Shown here: piece by piece, positions 19,485 to 32,400 of the stretch
Numbering within the stretch: position 1 is the stretch's first letter
Layout of the letters: each line of letters begins with the position of its first letter
Source: Catajapyx aquilonaris
Lineage: Eukaryota
Direction: 5' to 3'
NCBI GenBank assembly: GCA_000934665.2
Contig: JYFJ02002078.1
Location: forward strand, 1 to 63,482
Length of the DNA: 63,482 nt
The notes under the pieces: generated by a model
Told to the model about the DNA's origin: nothing
Database searches by the model: none
What the model saw: only the letters and a program-made list of their open reading frames with translations
Made by a program: the position numbers and the translations under genes

Positions 19485-19646
19485 GCTCGACGCTTCACAG
19501 GCAAGGACGCGGCGAGCGGGCGAGGGTGGTTGACGGTGAACGGAAGGAGTGTGTGGCTGTGACCAGTGTGACGCTGTGTGCCCCAAGCACCAAGCTCAAG
19601 CTGACAAAGACCGGGATAAAAACTTAAAAGGTAGGCCCTGTTTATG

Positions 19647-19654
19647 GCGCCAAA
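19647..19654 (-). promoter_or_regulatory. E2F site in the MCM5 promoter
   Basis: TTTGGCGC about 165 bp upstream of the MCM5 ATG; MCM genes are classic E2F targets. Confidence 0.6.
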
Positions 19655-19908
19655 CGGAAGGAAGTGCGCCCACTGCAGAAATCTGGCATCACTGGAAGGG
19701 GCTACAAATCGCACAGCTGTTGGAAATCACTGCTCTTTTTAAATATAGGCTGAAAAATAGCGTACTGCGATAAGGAGTGACTCGCGAACTATTCAAAGGA
19801 GGTATTTTTCTTACTTTCTTTGCATTTATTAACTAGAATGTGATTGTTACACAAATGGAATGATATAATATATTATACAGATATCAACAAATATATACAT
19901 CATAATAT

Positions 19909-22001
19909 TCAGTTGATTCCATTCAGAGGAAAGCTGATGCACACAGAGTCGATGGCAGAAACAATGGAAGTGATGGGATAACCGCCTTCGCACATGTTGA
20001 TGAGAACATGCAAGTATTGGGTACTGTAAGGATTCTGAAAAAAAGGCACGCAGGTTAACATTATTATGTAGTCATATGACATCTCCATATATATATATAT
20101 ATATATATTTTTCTTACCTTAGCCAAGTTGAAGCACTTGCTGGAGAAATTAGCGGTGGCTTCCTGATGGCAATCGAATTTGGTAATGCGGGCCTTCTGGG
20201 TCATCAGTTGAGCACTCAACTTAGCATCCTTGGTCAAACTCTCTGCAATTCTCTTCACAGTGTCATCCACCAGTTTGCGTCCCTAAAAATTACAGTTGTA
20301 GAAAAATTTATTATCTAAGCTGCCTACATTTCAGCTATAGACTGATGTAATAGATGTTTCACTGAATCAAATTAATAGACCACAAAAATTAACTTTTGCT
20401 TACCGACTCCAAGTCATGGAGCTGTTTCTGAATCTCACTGCGAGACTTCTCGTCCTTCGCCTTCTGCAGTTTTCGTATCAAAAGTACCTTGGGAACTTCC
20501 AGACTTGGGACAGCATCTTTTATCTTTTCAGACACAGCCATATGAGCATTTACCCGACTCTGCCCACGCCCCTGATATTCGCCAACAACATCATTGGAAA
20601 TTGATATCTGCCCGTATTCCTGTACATGGCTGAGAGTTGTCTTTTCCTTGACGATTTGGAACTGCTGGCTCAAAGTTTCTTGCTCGAGGTTTTCCTGCAT
20701 GTACCAAATTACATGAGAAATTGGTACCCTGTCGCATTTAATGGACGTCATGAACTTACCTGATCTGAATCTTCCATCCAATTTACACTGTACAGATCTC
20801 CCAAGTAGGTGTTACGTTCTTCATCAAGGTAGCATGCATATGATGATTCATCAGGATTGGCTGCAGTCGTTACATACACTGTAATTAAATATTGCGGCAT
20901 ATAATAATTTTTTGGGACTGTTAATAATTCACAAGAACTGAGATTGACAGTAGCCTACAACTTACGGTTAATGTTGTTGGGCAAGATGCCATCAAACATA
21001 GATCCTGAATTGCATGCTTCCACGTAAAACACCAGCTGTGAATCAGCACAGAAAGTAAGGCAACATTGCAAAATTTGCAACTATGTTTGAAAATGAAAAG
21101 TTCACCTTTTCGTATTTCTGATTTTGATACATTCCCAGGAAAACATTGTTAAGAGATGTGGAGTCAAGATAGTCAGAAGGAAATCCTAGGATTCCAGGGC
21201 CACCGTGGTCAACAAAGTTAACGAATACGTGATCATTAGGGCCACTGAAAAGTGAGGGGATGTAATTATACAAAACTGTTCAAAGTGCTAAAATAAATAT
21301 TTTCAAATAATCAATCATTAACAGAAAAACTTACCTCTTGATGACACGTCCAGAGCCAATGCCTTGCATGACCTGTTCGTTTCCTTGAAGTACATTTAGG
21401 AAATTGATTGCAGAAACATCCTGAAAGTTAAAATCACATATTTTAAAATATAAGCTCATTTAATAATTTTCAGTGGAATTAACTGAATTTACATTGCCGG
21501 TGTAGTCCTTAAGGACTCCCTTATACACATCGGGTCCATTTGGCTTGTTAATAATAATTCCTGGTGTTGGATTGCTGTTAAATTAGAGCATGTTGAGATT
21601 TAGTTCATTTTCATAAACATTAGACTTTAGTTCACTCAACTTACTTCACATTGTTGGCAATATCGTCGTACATCATGACAATGATATTTTCATCGGGAAT
21701 CCCATGAGAGCTTATTATCTGATATGCGTGGCATAAATCTGCCTGAGAAGTCATATTAGGTACACAGATCAATAAAAATTGAACACAGATAATAATATTT
21801 AAGTTACAGACAAAATTATTGGCCTACCTGATGGCGATAGTTTTCCCATTCATTGGAACCAGCGACAAGCAATGCCCAAATGGTTGCACCTTCTTTTTTA
21901 GGTAGGCTCATGAATTTATGGAAGTCATGTTCAAGCCGAAATGATGTTGCAAGGCTAGTTAAACCCAGCAAGAAAATAGTCCACGTGTAGATGGACTTCA
22001 T
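19909..22001 (-). CDS. LGMN: Legumain (asparaginyl endopeptidase, C13) paralog A, ~449 aa, 10 coding exons
   Basis: Exons 22001-21828, 21742-21645, 21574-21493, 21420-21335, 21244-21106, 21035-20966, 20878-20760, 20694-20404, 20282-20118, 20034-19909. Signal peptide, [15 protein letters not shown], catalytic DHG and EAC(N)SGSMF, C-terminal prodomain. Confidence 0.96.
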
Positions 22002-22184
22002 GGTCTTGCCTTGATTGTAAAAATATTAAAGCTTTATAAGTGATCAGTTATCAAAATATATAACTTATTAAAATCAAATAACTTTCATGCTTACCAATAC
22101 TCTGAATACAGTTATTGTTGTGTGTTGAAAGGTGCTGTGTTCTGGTAGTTGCGAGAGTGTTTTTGTTTCTGGACCTCGAAGCCC

Positions 22185-22191
22185 TTTTATA
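22185..22191 (-). promoter_or_regulatory. TATA box of legumain A
   Basis: TATAAAA on the minus strand, followed by a short non-coding exon with donor TG|gtaagc (~22094) just upstream of the ATG exon. Confidence 0.6.
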
Positions 22192-22465
22192 CTCGCCATG
22201 TGTTGTTCTGTATGTAACCACTTGAATCAATATCTTATTCACAGTACGTACATCACTGATAAATAGCTCCATTTGAAGATTTGCAAGCCATTACATTAGT
22301 TCCGATGCCTGTTGAACTCGCATAGCTTTTTTTCTCGCCTTGATCTGATTAGGTCCATATCTTGGATTATTGAGTAACCAAAAAAAACCCCACATCAGCT
22401 GTGACACAAGAATGTACGTGCAAAAAAAAACCAGTGATGTAATCGCTACTTGCAGTTCTGGATAA

Positions 22466-23034
22466 TAGTTGACTCCGGATATAGCAGCCTCGGTTATAAC
22501 AGACTTTCGGTTATAACAAACTCGAAAGGTCTGTCCAACCACACTTCCATATATAAGGCCCTATGTACATTTTTACTTCTGATGGAACGGACTCATTTTT
22601 CACCTCACCTCGGGTATAATGGACCTTTTTTTTGCCCCTCCGAGGGAAAATAATTATGCTGTTTTGATTGTTCAACTTATTTTATTTCCTACGTTCAGGG
22701 AGGCAGAGAATACTGGAGGGAAGTGATTTTCGCATCTGTCACTGATCTAAGCTACTCAAATCAAAATCAGACATTTTCTGGTATATTTGGCAAGAAAGAG
22801 ACGGCAGAAGAAAATTACAGATTTTTCTGGTCCTGTCTAATTTACGGAGGACCTAATTTTGAATTTTTGTGGGTAGTTTTATTAATACCGTAAATGCAGT
22901 ACAGTGTGCATTATAACTTTATAGACATATTGAAAGCAGAAAACTTGTGTGTTCGTTGCAAAAGAGGCGATTTAGCTATAACATACTTTTTCCTCGGTCC
23001 CTTGGAGTCTATGTGTTATACCCGGAGTCAACTG
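22466..23034. mobile_element. pogo/Tigger-type MITE
   Basis: AGTTGACTCCGG ... CCGGAGTCAACTG-TA; repeated GTTATAAC subterminal motifs; homologous longer copy at 52608-53346. Confidence 0.8.
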
Positions 23035-24137
23035 TATATGCGTGGCACTTAATTAATAGATTGAATTGCCATATAAGTCACATTTTTGTCAAAATTGAGT
23101 TAGGACTTGATTAATATAGCCATTGAAGGGTAGGCCTACTTTTCATCGCGAAGACAGTATTAATTAGGCCTACTATGTGTTTGGGAACCGCCCCATGGGC
23201 TAATTTTTCCGGGGAAAAACACATCCTATATCATAAAGGATTTTCTAATATCAAACACTCACATCTCGAAATCAGTCAAATGTGACTCTGATTGATCTGC
23301 ATTTGAAGTCTTCACGTGTAGGCGGTTGTAGTAAATGACAACCTCTCACGTAGGTTGCAGTACGTAAGTCTAATTGAAAAGCTATACGATGCAGTGAGTT
23401 AGGCTACTCAAGTTCACAACATTCTCCTTGGACACTCTACAATAAAACCTGGAAGTTTATATTAGACCTTACATTTAACGTAAGTTAAATAAAGAGTCGG
23501 TTTGCTTATTTCAAGGCGCTTTGTCGTGTCTTTTGGTTTTACGATGGTTATGTTAAGTGAAATGTATGAAGGTGGTTTCAGTATCTACAGCAACCCCCCC
23601 CCCCCCCCAAGAGCCTTATTATCAGTGTCCCTGCAGGTTGCCTCAGTTCCCAGCGTCACTTATTATCAAATATGTATCCTGTGCTGTTGTCGTCTGGAAC
23701 TGATAAAGCCATTATCTGTTATTGTTTTGCAACCCCAAAAAAACCATATTTTGCAATTGACCACTATTAAGAAGGCAATGAAACAATCACCATAGGAATA
23801 TTACTGATGCAGGTTGTACCCACTCCAGGTTAGGCCATTCTTGATTTTGACAGTTTATAAACTCGGCTTGAAAGTAGCACGCAGGCCATAATAGTACAGG
23901 CCGCAGGGTGATTCTTATAGAACCGAACCCTAATATTTCCTCATATCTCGTAAATAAATGGACGAAAAATAATATATCACGTTTTTATGATAGCCTACGT
24001 ATGTCTTATATCGCTCAAAAAGATATAGATGATTTTGCATTGAAACAAAAAAGGGACTGTACCTGGTGAAAAGTATTGCGAAGGACAGGTGAATGAGGTC
24101 CTGATTTCTGCATGCTTATGTTTCGAAGGTTGCCGTT

Positions 24138-24340
24138 ATATTTATTTGTTTATTTTACCCCGTGATAGGGCTGAGCCCTTGTAGGGGGGCGGCACACCAC
24201 CATCAGTTTTCAAACTTGTTTGATCTTCAATTACCGTGTAAGGAATCAAGGACATAGGGTAAGGATATGGATTTTTGGGGAGGGAACATGGGTGCAAGTG
24301 CAATGTCGGAAAATGGTCGTGTGCTTCTCCCCAGGAGGTT
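24138..24340 (-). mobile_element. 5'-truncated SINE, family A
   Basis: 3' tail accccgtgatagggctgagccct and body match 17890-18085; no tRNA head. Confidence 0.85.
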
Positions 24341-24734
24341 GGCGTTGTAAAGAGAGGGGTTCACACTGGAAACGTTTCGGCCCTGCTGCTGGTCTCTTTG
24401 ACCCAACCAATCCCTAACTTTCTCCTGGCAAAATTATCACGGAGCATAATTTGTTGTCTTAATTTAAGCACATTCTGCAATCAGTTAGGAGTAGATAACT
24501 TCAGTTATGATAATATCAGTATCTGAACACATATAATAAACTCAAATATTACGTCATAGTACCCAAACCAATTCAGTCTTTATTACGTGCGCATTATACA
24601 GTCTCTTACACACTTACGTTACAACATTATACATCACTGTAACGCGTGAATTTATTCTGCATAGCAATATCACTTAGTATTATCACATAAATCCATTTTT
24701 TTCCAAATAGGACGACGAGCAATTGCATCTGTAA

Positions 24735-27635
24735 TTAGTTGATCCCGTACATGGCTGGGTGGGTACACACAGATCGCATTGAAGCTATCATAGAAGGCAC
24801 AGACCATCCATCTTCACACATATTTGCCAGGACGTACACATGGCGCAGTGCATAGGAATTCTGTAAAACAAAACATCGTGTTAGAAATTGAGTGTCCACA
24901 TATTGCATGGCGATGCTACTGCTGTGCAGTAGGTCTACCTTAGCCAAGTTGAAGCACTGTTGGGAGAAATATTCCGTAGCGATGTAATAGCAGTTTCGAT
25001 CTTTCAGAGACCGTCTCTCGGTCAAGAGTTGCTCGCCCAACATTTGATCGCCAGTCACACTTATGGCGATTCTTTTCACTGTGTCAGCCAGGAATCTCCG
25101 CCCCTGTAATCAATAGAGCCATTAGGCAAGTTCATGACCATTGCGCAATGCAAATGTGTGCTGTAAACATTGCTGAATGGCTCAGTGAGTTAGCCCTCGG
25201 CTCATAAGTTACAAATGCCCTTAAACTACTGTACAAATAAACAGCAATGGGATTAAAGGGGATTATAATATCGCAACTGAAAGGGCATGAACTTTTTTTT
25301 AAAATTATTGTACTGCCGACTTAGAGACAGTTTTACCACATTGCTGGGCTTAATTTCAGTGTCATCATGCATGTGACGAAATAAATGATATAATATCCAA
25401 TATACGTATTACTGCACTCACTTTCTCTAGGTTGTGAAGCTGATCCAAAAGCCCTTGACGTGTTTCTTGGTCCTCAGCTGCTTGGATCTTACGTTTCAGT
25501 GTTTCAACAGGCACTTCAGGGCTTGGAACTGCATCAGTAATCTGTACAAAAGGGCCAAGTAATAATTCTGTAGCCTATATTACAGTAAGTAACACAGAGA
25601 CCTTTCCCCTATTTCAAGCCAATGGTATATAGTAACCAGTTTGTTGAGCATTACAGTAACATTATAAAGGATTATCACAAGACAGGTACCTTTTTCCCAA
25701 CTGGTACGGAATTACCGTAGTAATGTTTGGTCTTCTTTCTTCCTTGGAATTCGGACACGTGCATTTTAGAAATGCTGACATCGCCATATTCTTCTACATG
25801 ACTGGTGTTCGTTTCTTTCCTGACGATCGCAAACTGTTTCTTCAGTGACTCTTTCTGAAGGTTTTCCTAATTGCGAATGTTGCATGTTAAGTGTTTATAA
25901 GTTATATGATTATTACAAGCTGGGACCTTGAACTGTGGGCAGTACCTTGTCAGAATCTTCCATCCAGTTGACACTGTACACATCACCCAAGTAAGTCTGT
26001 CTTTTGTCGTCCCAGTAGCATGCATATGATGACTCATCCGGATTAGCAGCAGTTGTGGCAAAAACTGCAAACAATAACTTATCAACTATTTTTCAGGTAG
26101 CATGCATGCATCCAGTCAATCGTAATGATTCATACCATTTATATTATCGGGCAAAATTCCGTCAAACATGGATCCGGATTCGCATGCTTCTACGTAGAAA
26201 ACCAACTGGAATAAGAAAACAATTTAGTTGCTTCTGCCTAGCTCTTGCTTCTGCTGATTATATTACTGACTGATACTGCGTGTAACAACAGCAGTCAAAC
26301 ATCTGCATTTTTCGCACATACCGCATGTTTCAAGATGCATTTTATAGGCGGAAATTTCCCGGAAACTCGCTTCTATGAACTCACTTTCAAGTTTGGCGTG
26401 AAATTAATGTGTATAGGTCTATACTGCACCTTTGGAAAGCCCAGTCTTTTTTTCTCAACGCTGGGGATGAGTAAGCTATGACTGTAACCTTGGATGTAAC
26501 TCACTGCCAGAATTGAAGATTGGTGACAGAAGCGAGTCGACAATGACCGTCCGTAAAATTTTAACATGTATAGATGTGAGCTAATTTAAAAAACACACGG
26601 TAGATATACCCGGTGTTTATAATATACAGTACCTACCTTGCCGTACTTCTTGTCTTTATACATTTGCAATATTGCTGAATGAAGCTGCACGTCATGAAGA
26701 ACGTCATTCGGAAAGGCGACAATTCCTGGAGCTCCATGGTCGGCAAAATTCACGAATACGTGGTCATTAGGTCCGCTGCAATAAGAAGGCAATCTCTATC
26801 TATCATCTACAGTATCTCGTGTTTCACATATTTTAATCATTTTGTGAAAACTCTTAATTAACTTCTGACTCCCATAATTATAAACAGTGCTCTGAAACTA
26901 TTGCATTTAATTGCAATTACATACCTCTTTAGAACACGTCCTGATCCGGTTCCAACCATTCCAGCTTCGTCACCTGTTAGAACCTTTAGGAAATTTTGCG
27001 GAGTCACATCCTAGAAATTGGAATTATTATTATTATCAGTATTGTTATTATAATTATCGTTATCGTACATCTCCTGTGTAGTCTTTCAAGACGTTGTGAT
27101 AAACATCCGGCCCGTTAGGTTTGTTTACAATGATTCCCTTCGTTGGATTCCTGCAAAATGACATTGATTGCAATGTTACGTCATTGTAACGTAGGAAAAA
27201 TTGATTAATTGCACAAAATAAGGACTGCCTTACGCCTCATTCTCGGCAATGTCATCATACATCATGACAATAATCCGGTCGTCAGGTATTCCATGACTAT
27301 GCATGATCTGGTATGCATGGCAAACGTCAGCCTGAAAGTAAAGGGTTAATGACGTGTTAATGCACACTTTTACATGGTTTACAGTATACGGTCACGTGCG
27401 ACGGTATAGCAACAGTTCCTTGAGGTGATGACTTTGTCATTACTCATTACTATACCTGATGTCGATAGTTGTCATATGTGTTGGATCCCGCAACCAGGAC
27501 AACCCAGATATCACCAGTCACATCTTCTTGATTAGGGATAATTTCAGCCCACTTGGAGTACACCTCGGTCTCCCTGGGTACATTCGCACACAATCCAAGA
27601 GACAGGAACAGAAATATTGCACACAAACGGTACAT
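24735..27635 (-). CDS. LGMN: Legumain paralog B, ~453 aa, 11 coding exons
   Basis: Exons 27635-27456, 27331-27234, 27150-27069, 27010-26925, 26775-26637, 26205-26136, 26064-25946, 25866-25690, 25541-25422, 25103-24939, 24860-24735. Signal peptide, [30 protein letters not shown]. Probable non-coding first exon with donor at ~28711. Confidence 0.97.
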
Positions 27636-29497
27636 GGTGAACGCTTCTGCTCTAGCTGCTGCTTCTCTGAAAGAACAACAACACACTGGCAGGTTCTCAA
27701 TGCCATCTGAACCTCTGCTGCCACTCTTGTTTTCGACGTGCTAACAGATGGCAGAAACTCGATAACCCTTGTAACGCCCATCACAAAGAACTGCTATGTT
27801 TCTACCAATATAGGGAAGGCTGCTGGGGAACCTGGCATTCATAATCAAGATGAGGCGAGTTGAGGCAAGCTTTATGTGAAAAGTTAATGTAAACTTGAAC
27901 CAGCAGATGTTGGTTAATAAGCAAAAGCCAAGGATATAAAGACAACGAAGTGACTGTAAGCCAACTGTCATTAAAAGTACCAGCAGTAATCAGTAAAGCA
28001 AGTGTAATGTGCAATTGGACAATGCCAGGCACCACTGTGGTGCCGGTGATAACTATGCTGTTGCTGGCCATCCTTACCCTGCAAATAGTTTCAGCTGCTT
28101 CAATCCCCGTCAAATATACGCTTGACACTTTTATATGTACAAATTCCATGTGACAATAACTACACTTGACGCCAGGGTCACACCTGTTGGCAAATGTTCG
28201 CACAATATCGAAGCACGGGTCCTCGGACCTTTCTATAGAGTATAGACGACCTTCTGAATGTCAAGGGTTTTCCAGACGCACTACAATAGGCGTGGAAATG
28301 ACACGCTCTGTACGTAGCATGCGGAGTTCTATGAACATGCCAAGGCTGAACTGTGCAAACTACGGTATCATTGATTCATCACGAGAGCATTGAACAGCTG
28401 TTGGCTATTTGTAACTGCAGGATGCTTCGCTATTTCAGAGAGTCACGTCGTTTTAAAAGTGACTGACAAAGCACTCTAACATAGATGCGTGGACATAGCT
28501 TGGTAAAAGAATCAAGTCATCGTCTCGATCGCGTCAGGTCCTCTAATGTAACTGAACCCTGAATAGCAGCTTAAAAATTCATATATTTAATTTGCCAATA
28601 ATGTGCCGAACCATGGGCATTGGATTGTTAGAAACAATCCAGTGCATTAAAATCCCCCATTGGCATTACCTTTAATTGGATTATGACTAATTTAACAATG
28701 TCAATTCTTACCTTTGTTTGGTGTAGCCGTCAACGACTGACTGTGTGTCCCCACTGCCTGATTTCGATTTATACTTTTGCAGACCAGATAATAGAAATGA
28801 CTCGTGTAATCAGTCATTGGGTGTTTAGCCACGGGATCTCCTGATAAGGCGTCAATGCCAAGTAATTATCATTAACATGGAGGTGTCATTACAATGACAA
28901 TGGAATCATGTTAAAATTCAACTCGACAGGTTCTTCGAGGGAAAAATAATATTTATTTTATAACAGCGTGTTTTAACAAAAGAAATCATAGAATGCTTTA
29001 CATACGTGGAAAAAATGCATTTGTACATTTATTCGTTTGGACAATATCCCCAGTAGCAATCGGTAACATGTGACAAAGACAGATAAATATAGGCTGCACA
29101 TATTAGTGTTTTTGAAAATGATTATTTTATGAAATTTATCAGAAAGATACTTTACGAACAATACAGGGGGTGGTGGGCCTTATCAAACAATAGGAATTGT
29201 TTCATAGATGCTATTCAGGGAAGTGCCCATAACTAGTATAAAAAATGACATTTTAAGGAATACATTATAACACTGTTCATCTTCATGTCCAAACTGGAAA
29301 AGCTCCACTGGCTTTGTATGCTGCTTCTCATGAAATTAATCATGCAACCTTGTACCAAACAGCACAATTATTCAAAACCGTCACACTGATTATGAATCCC
29401 TTAATTAATATTGTTATTGTAATATGAACTGAAAAATCTTAGATTGAAGTAAGCATAAAATACCACAATGTAGGATTTAGACATTCATAAAATACAT

Positions 29498-32400
29498 TTA
29501 ACTCTTCCCAGAAGTAAATCTCAGCAACCTGCCCATAAAGTTTGTACTTTTCACAGCCTTTTTAACCTTGATGACGCACTGCTGCCCTCCAACATACACA
29601 GCCTCAGTTTTATTTCCTTCTGTCAGTGCACAAAGGAGAGATCTGACTGACTCAAGGGGAATCCCTTTCACAAAAAGTTCCAAATTAGAACCTGAAAACC
29701 CGTCACGTATTCTACGTCCAATTGCATCAGCCTGCATCGGATGCAACATGATGTCTGTCAGTGACAGACTGCTAAGATGGGTCATGTTAGTGATCAGGCT
29801 CAAAATAAATAGGAATTCAACTGGTTGCTTCTCGCCACTGTCCCAAGCCACCAATCCGTCAATCTTTAGAGAGCTGATTGCCGATTTCAATAGCGACTTT
29901 CCCACCAACTTGAGTGTCTTCTCTGGATCCTCCAATCGAAGTCTCCAGTTGCAGATCCTCAAATTCCTCAAATCAGGAAACGTCTGAACGAGAGTCTGGA
30001 AAAATGTGATCAGCATCTTCTCATCAATATGGTATTCTCCTCCTAGCCTCTTATCCAGACTGAGGTTCAGGTATCCAAGACGTGTGAAAGGCTTTAGGAA
30101 TGGTAGCAGTTCTGGTCCCTTCAGGCTCATCTTCTTGTTTATATCCAGCTCTAATCCAGACAAACGCAGAAAGGCCACACTGGTACATTTGACTCCAGTC
30201 AGGGCCTGTAGGAGGTTATGGACCATGCTATCTGGCTTTCCAATGAACGACAACTTGCCATCGGGTGTTGACACGTGAATACGACAGTTGGTCAAACTTA
30301 CATCTCGTATCCCCATTTTTGGTAGGAGACCCACAAAAGCATCCATAGATTCTTCTTCTTCCAGTTTGAAACTCCATCCTTCCAGACACACCAAGCGTAG
30401 AGATGAATTCTTGGTCAAACTTTGGCAAATCATCTGGAACGGTTTGTCACCAACTGCAACGTGAGCTGAGCTTAGGTCCAACAGTTGAAGACATGGGTTC
30501 TCATTGAGTGCAACAATAACCGGCAGTGAATCCCCAATACTGGACACACCTTCCATCCTAAGAGCAGTCAGGCACTTACTCTTTCTGACAGTCTCTCCCA
30601 AGCACATAAAGTCCTCTCCTGTCATTGAGCACTTGCTGACGTTCAGACTTTGCAGTCTGCACTCCTTTTCACGAGCTGCATGAAACACATGGTGCATTCC
30701 TGATGTATGATTGTCCGCGTCACAAAGTGGCAGGGGCAAGAAAGCTTTCTGAAACAATATGGAGTCAGAATGTCTCTTGTCATCTCGTCGAAGAACAGGC
30801 GAGTCTCTGCACAGGCTGCTGTACATGTTGACGCCACCACGGGGAAGAGAGAAGAATGGTGTCTTTGATTGCTTCTTTGGGCTTGGTGCAGTCTTGACCA
30901 GGAGTTGGAAGGGAGAAAATTTGTCAGTTTCAGAAGAGTTGGCGTCTTCGTCGTTTGTGCTCTGCCAACAGCCGGACAAATTCAGCGAAACGAGGGGCTT
31001 GGTGAGCACCAGCTCTGCCACAAATTGAAGTCCTTCCTTTCCACAACCTAGATGGGGAAGATGCAGTACAGACACTTTTGGATCAAGCTGCAAAACAGCG
31101 CACAGCTGACATATTTGATCCGCGTCTAAATCAGCGTCTATGATCAGTTTTTCCAGACATGTACAGTAGCCTCGAGTTATAGCTTGAATGATAGTGTCTA
31201 GCACTGGCTGGAAGGTTTCGTGTTGAGTGTCACCTTCCATGCAGCTGATGACAACCTCCAAAGTCTTCAGCCGAGGTTTGGTCAAAACTTCTCCGATGTA
31301 CTCCGCCATTCTCCAGATTTGTGGGCCAGTTAGCTCATGACCCAAAAGGCAGTTGAGCTTCACAGCGTTGACCCCTTCATTTTGGGATAGGGCCAAAAAG
31401 AGATCCTGTACTTTGGAGGTACATATACTGTCTGGTTGTAATAACACCTCCACTGAGTCTACAGAACAGCGAGGGCTCCTGAGAAGCAGAGACCAACCAC
31501 GGATATCCACTTGATGAGAACGTATCTGCACACGCATAATGGCACTTAGGAGGATGCAAACTGCATTTACGTTTCCGTCCCAACCTCCGCTTTCGTGCAG
31601 AAGCGAGAAGAGCGCTCGAGGAGCAAAGTCCATCGGTGACAGCAACGAAAACACTAAGAATGCCTTCTTTCCCAGCAATCCTACCAAGAATCGCAGAATT
31701 CTCTCGTCAGGTATTGCTTCGAGTTCTCTCCTCAAAATGTTGGTGTACGACGCCACGGAGGATATGTAATACGCGGAGAGGAACGGAGTGAAGCTCTCAT
31801 GCAGAGGTTGATAGTAATCCTTTCTCTGACCACGACCAAATGACCACAACTTCCGAAGAAATCCAGCTTCAGCCACATTGGGAGCCTCTGAGAAGTACCA
31901 ACGTCCGGTCCTCACATTCTTCAAGGCTTCTTTACCAAGGTCCACCAGTACGTCTCTACACCTTGCTGGAACATCCCCAGAAGCACTTCCATTGCTGTAC
32001 TGACGTACCAGGAACTTTACAATAGCTAGGTAGAGGTCCGAGTTATTCGCAGGCAGCGTTTCTCCGCAACTCTCGAAGACACTACACAGTGCGAAACATA
32101 AGAGAGGGCAGCTGACCAGTGGCAGAAAGCGATCTTCTTCATCAGCCAGAAGTTGAAGAAGCTTAGATCCACTTTCCGTGAGTTTTCCAGTGAAGAAGCA
32201 CCTGATGGAGAGTTGTATCTGGGGCCAGTCGAAACCAAGGATCCTCAACCTTCTTCCGCAACGTGGAGCGAGCTTGTCAAACATATCGACACGACAGGTC
32301 ACCAGCACTTGACTATCAGGAAATGTCTTTCCATCGATGAGTTCCATAAGATCATCTACATTCTCACCGTCTTCTTGCTCTCCGTAACCATCCAAAACAA

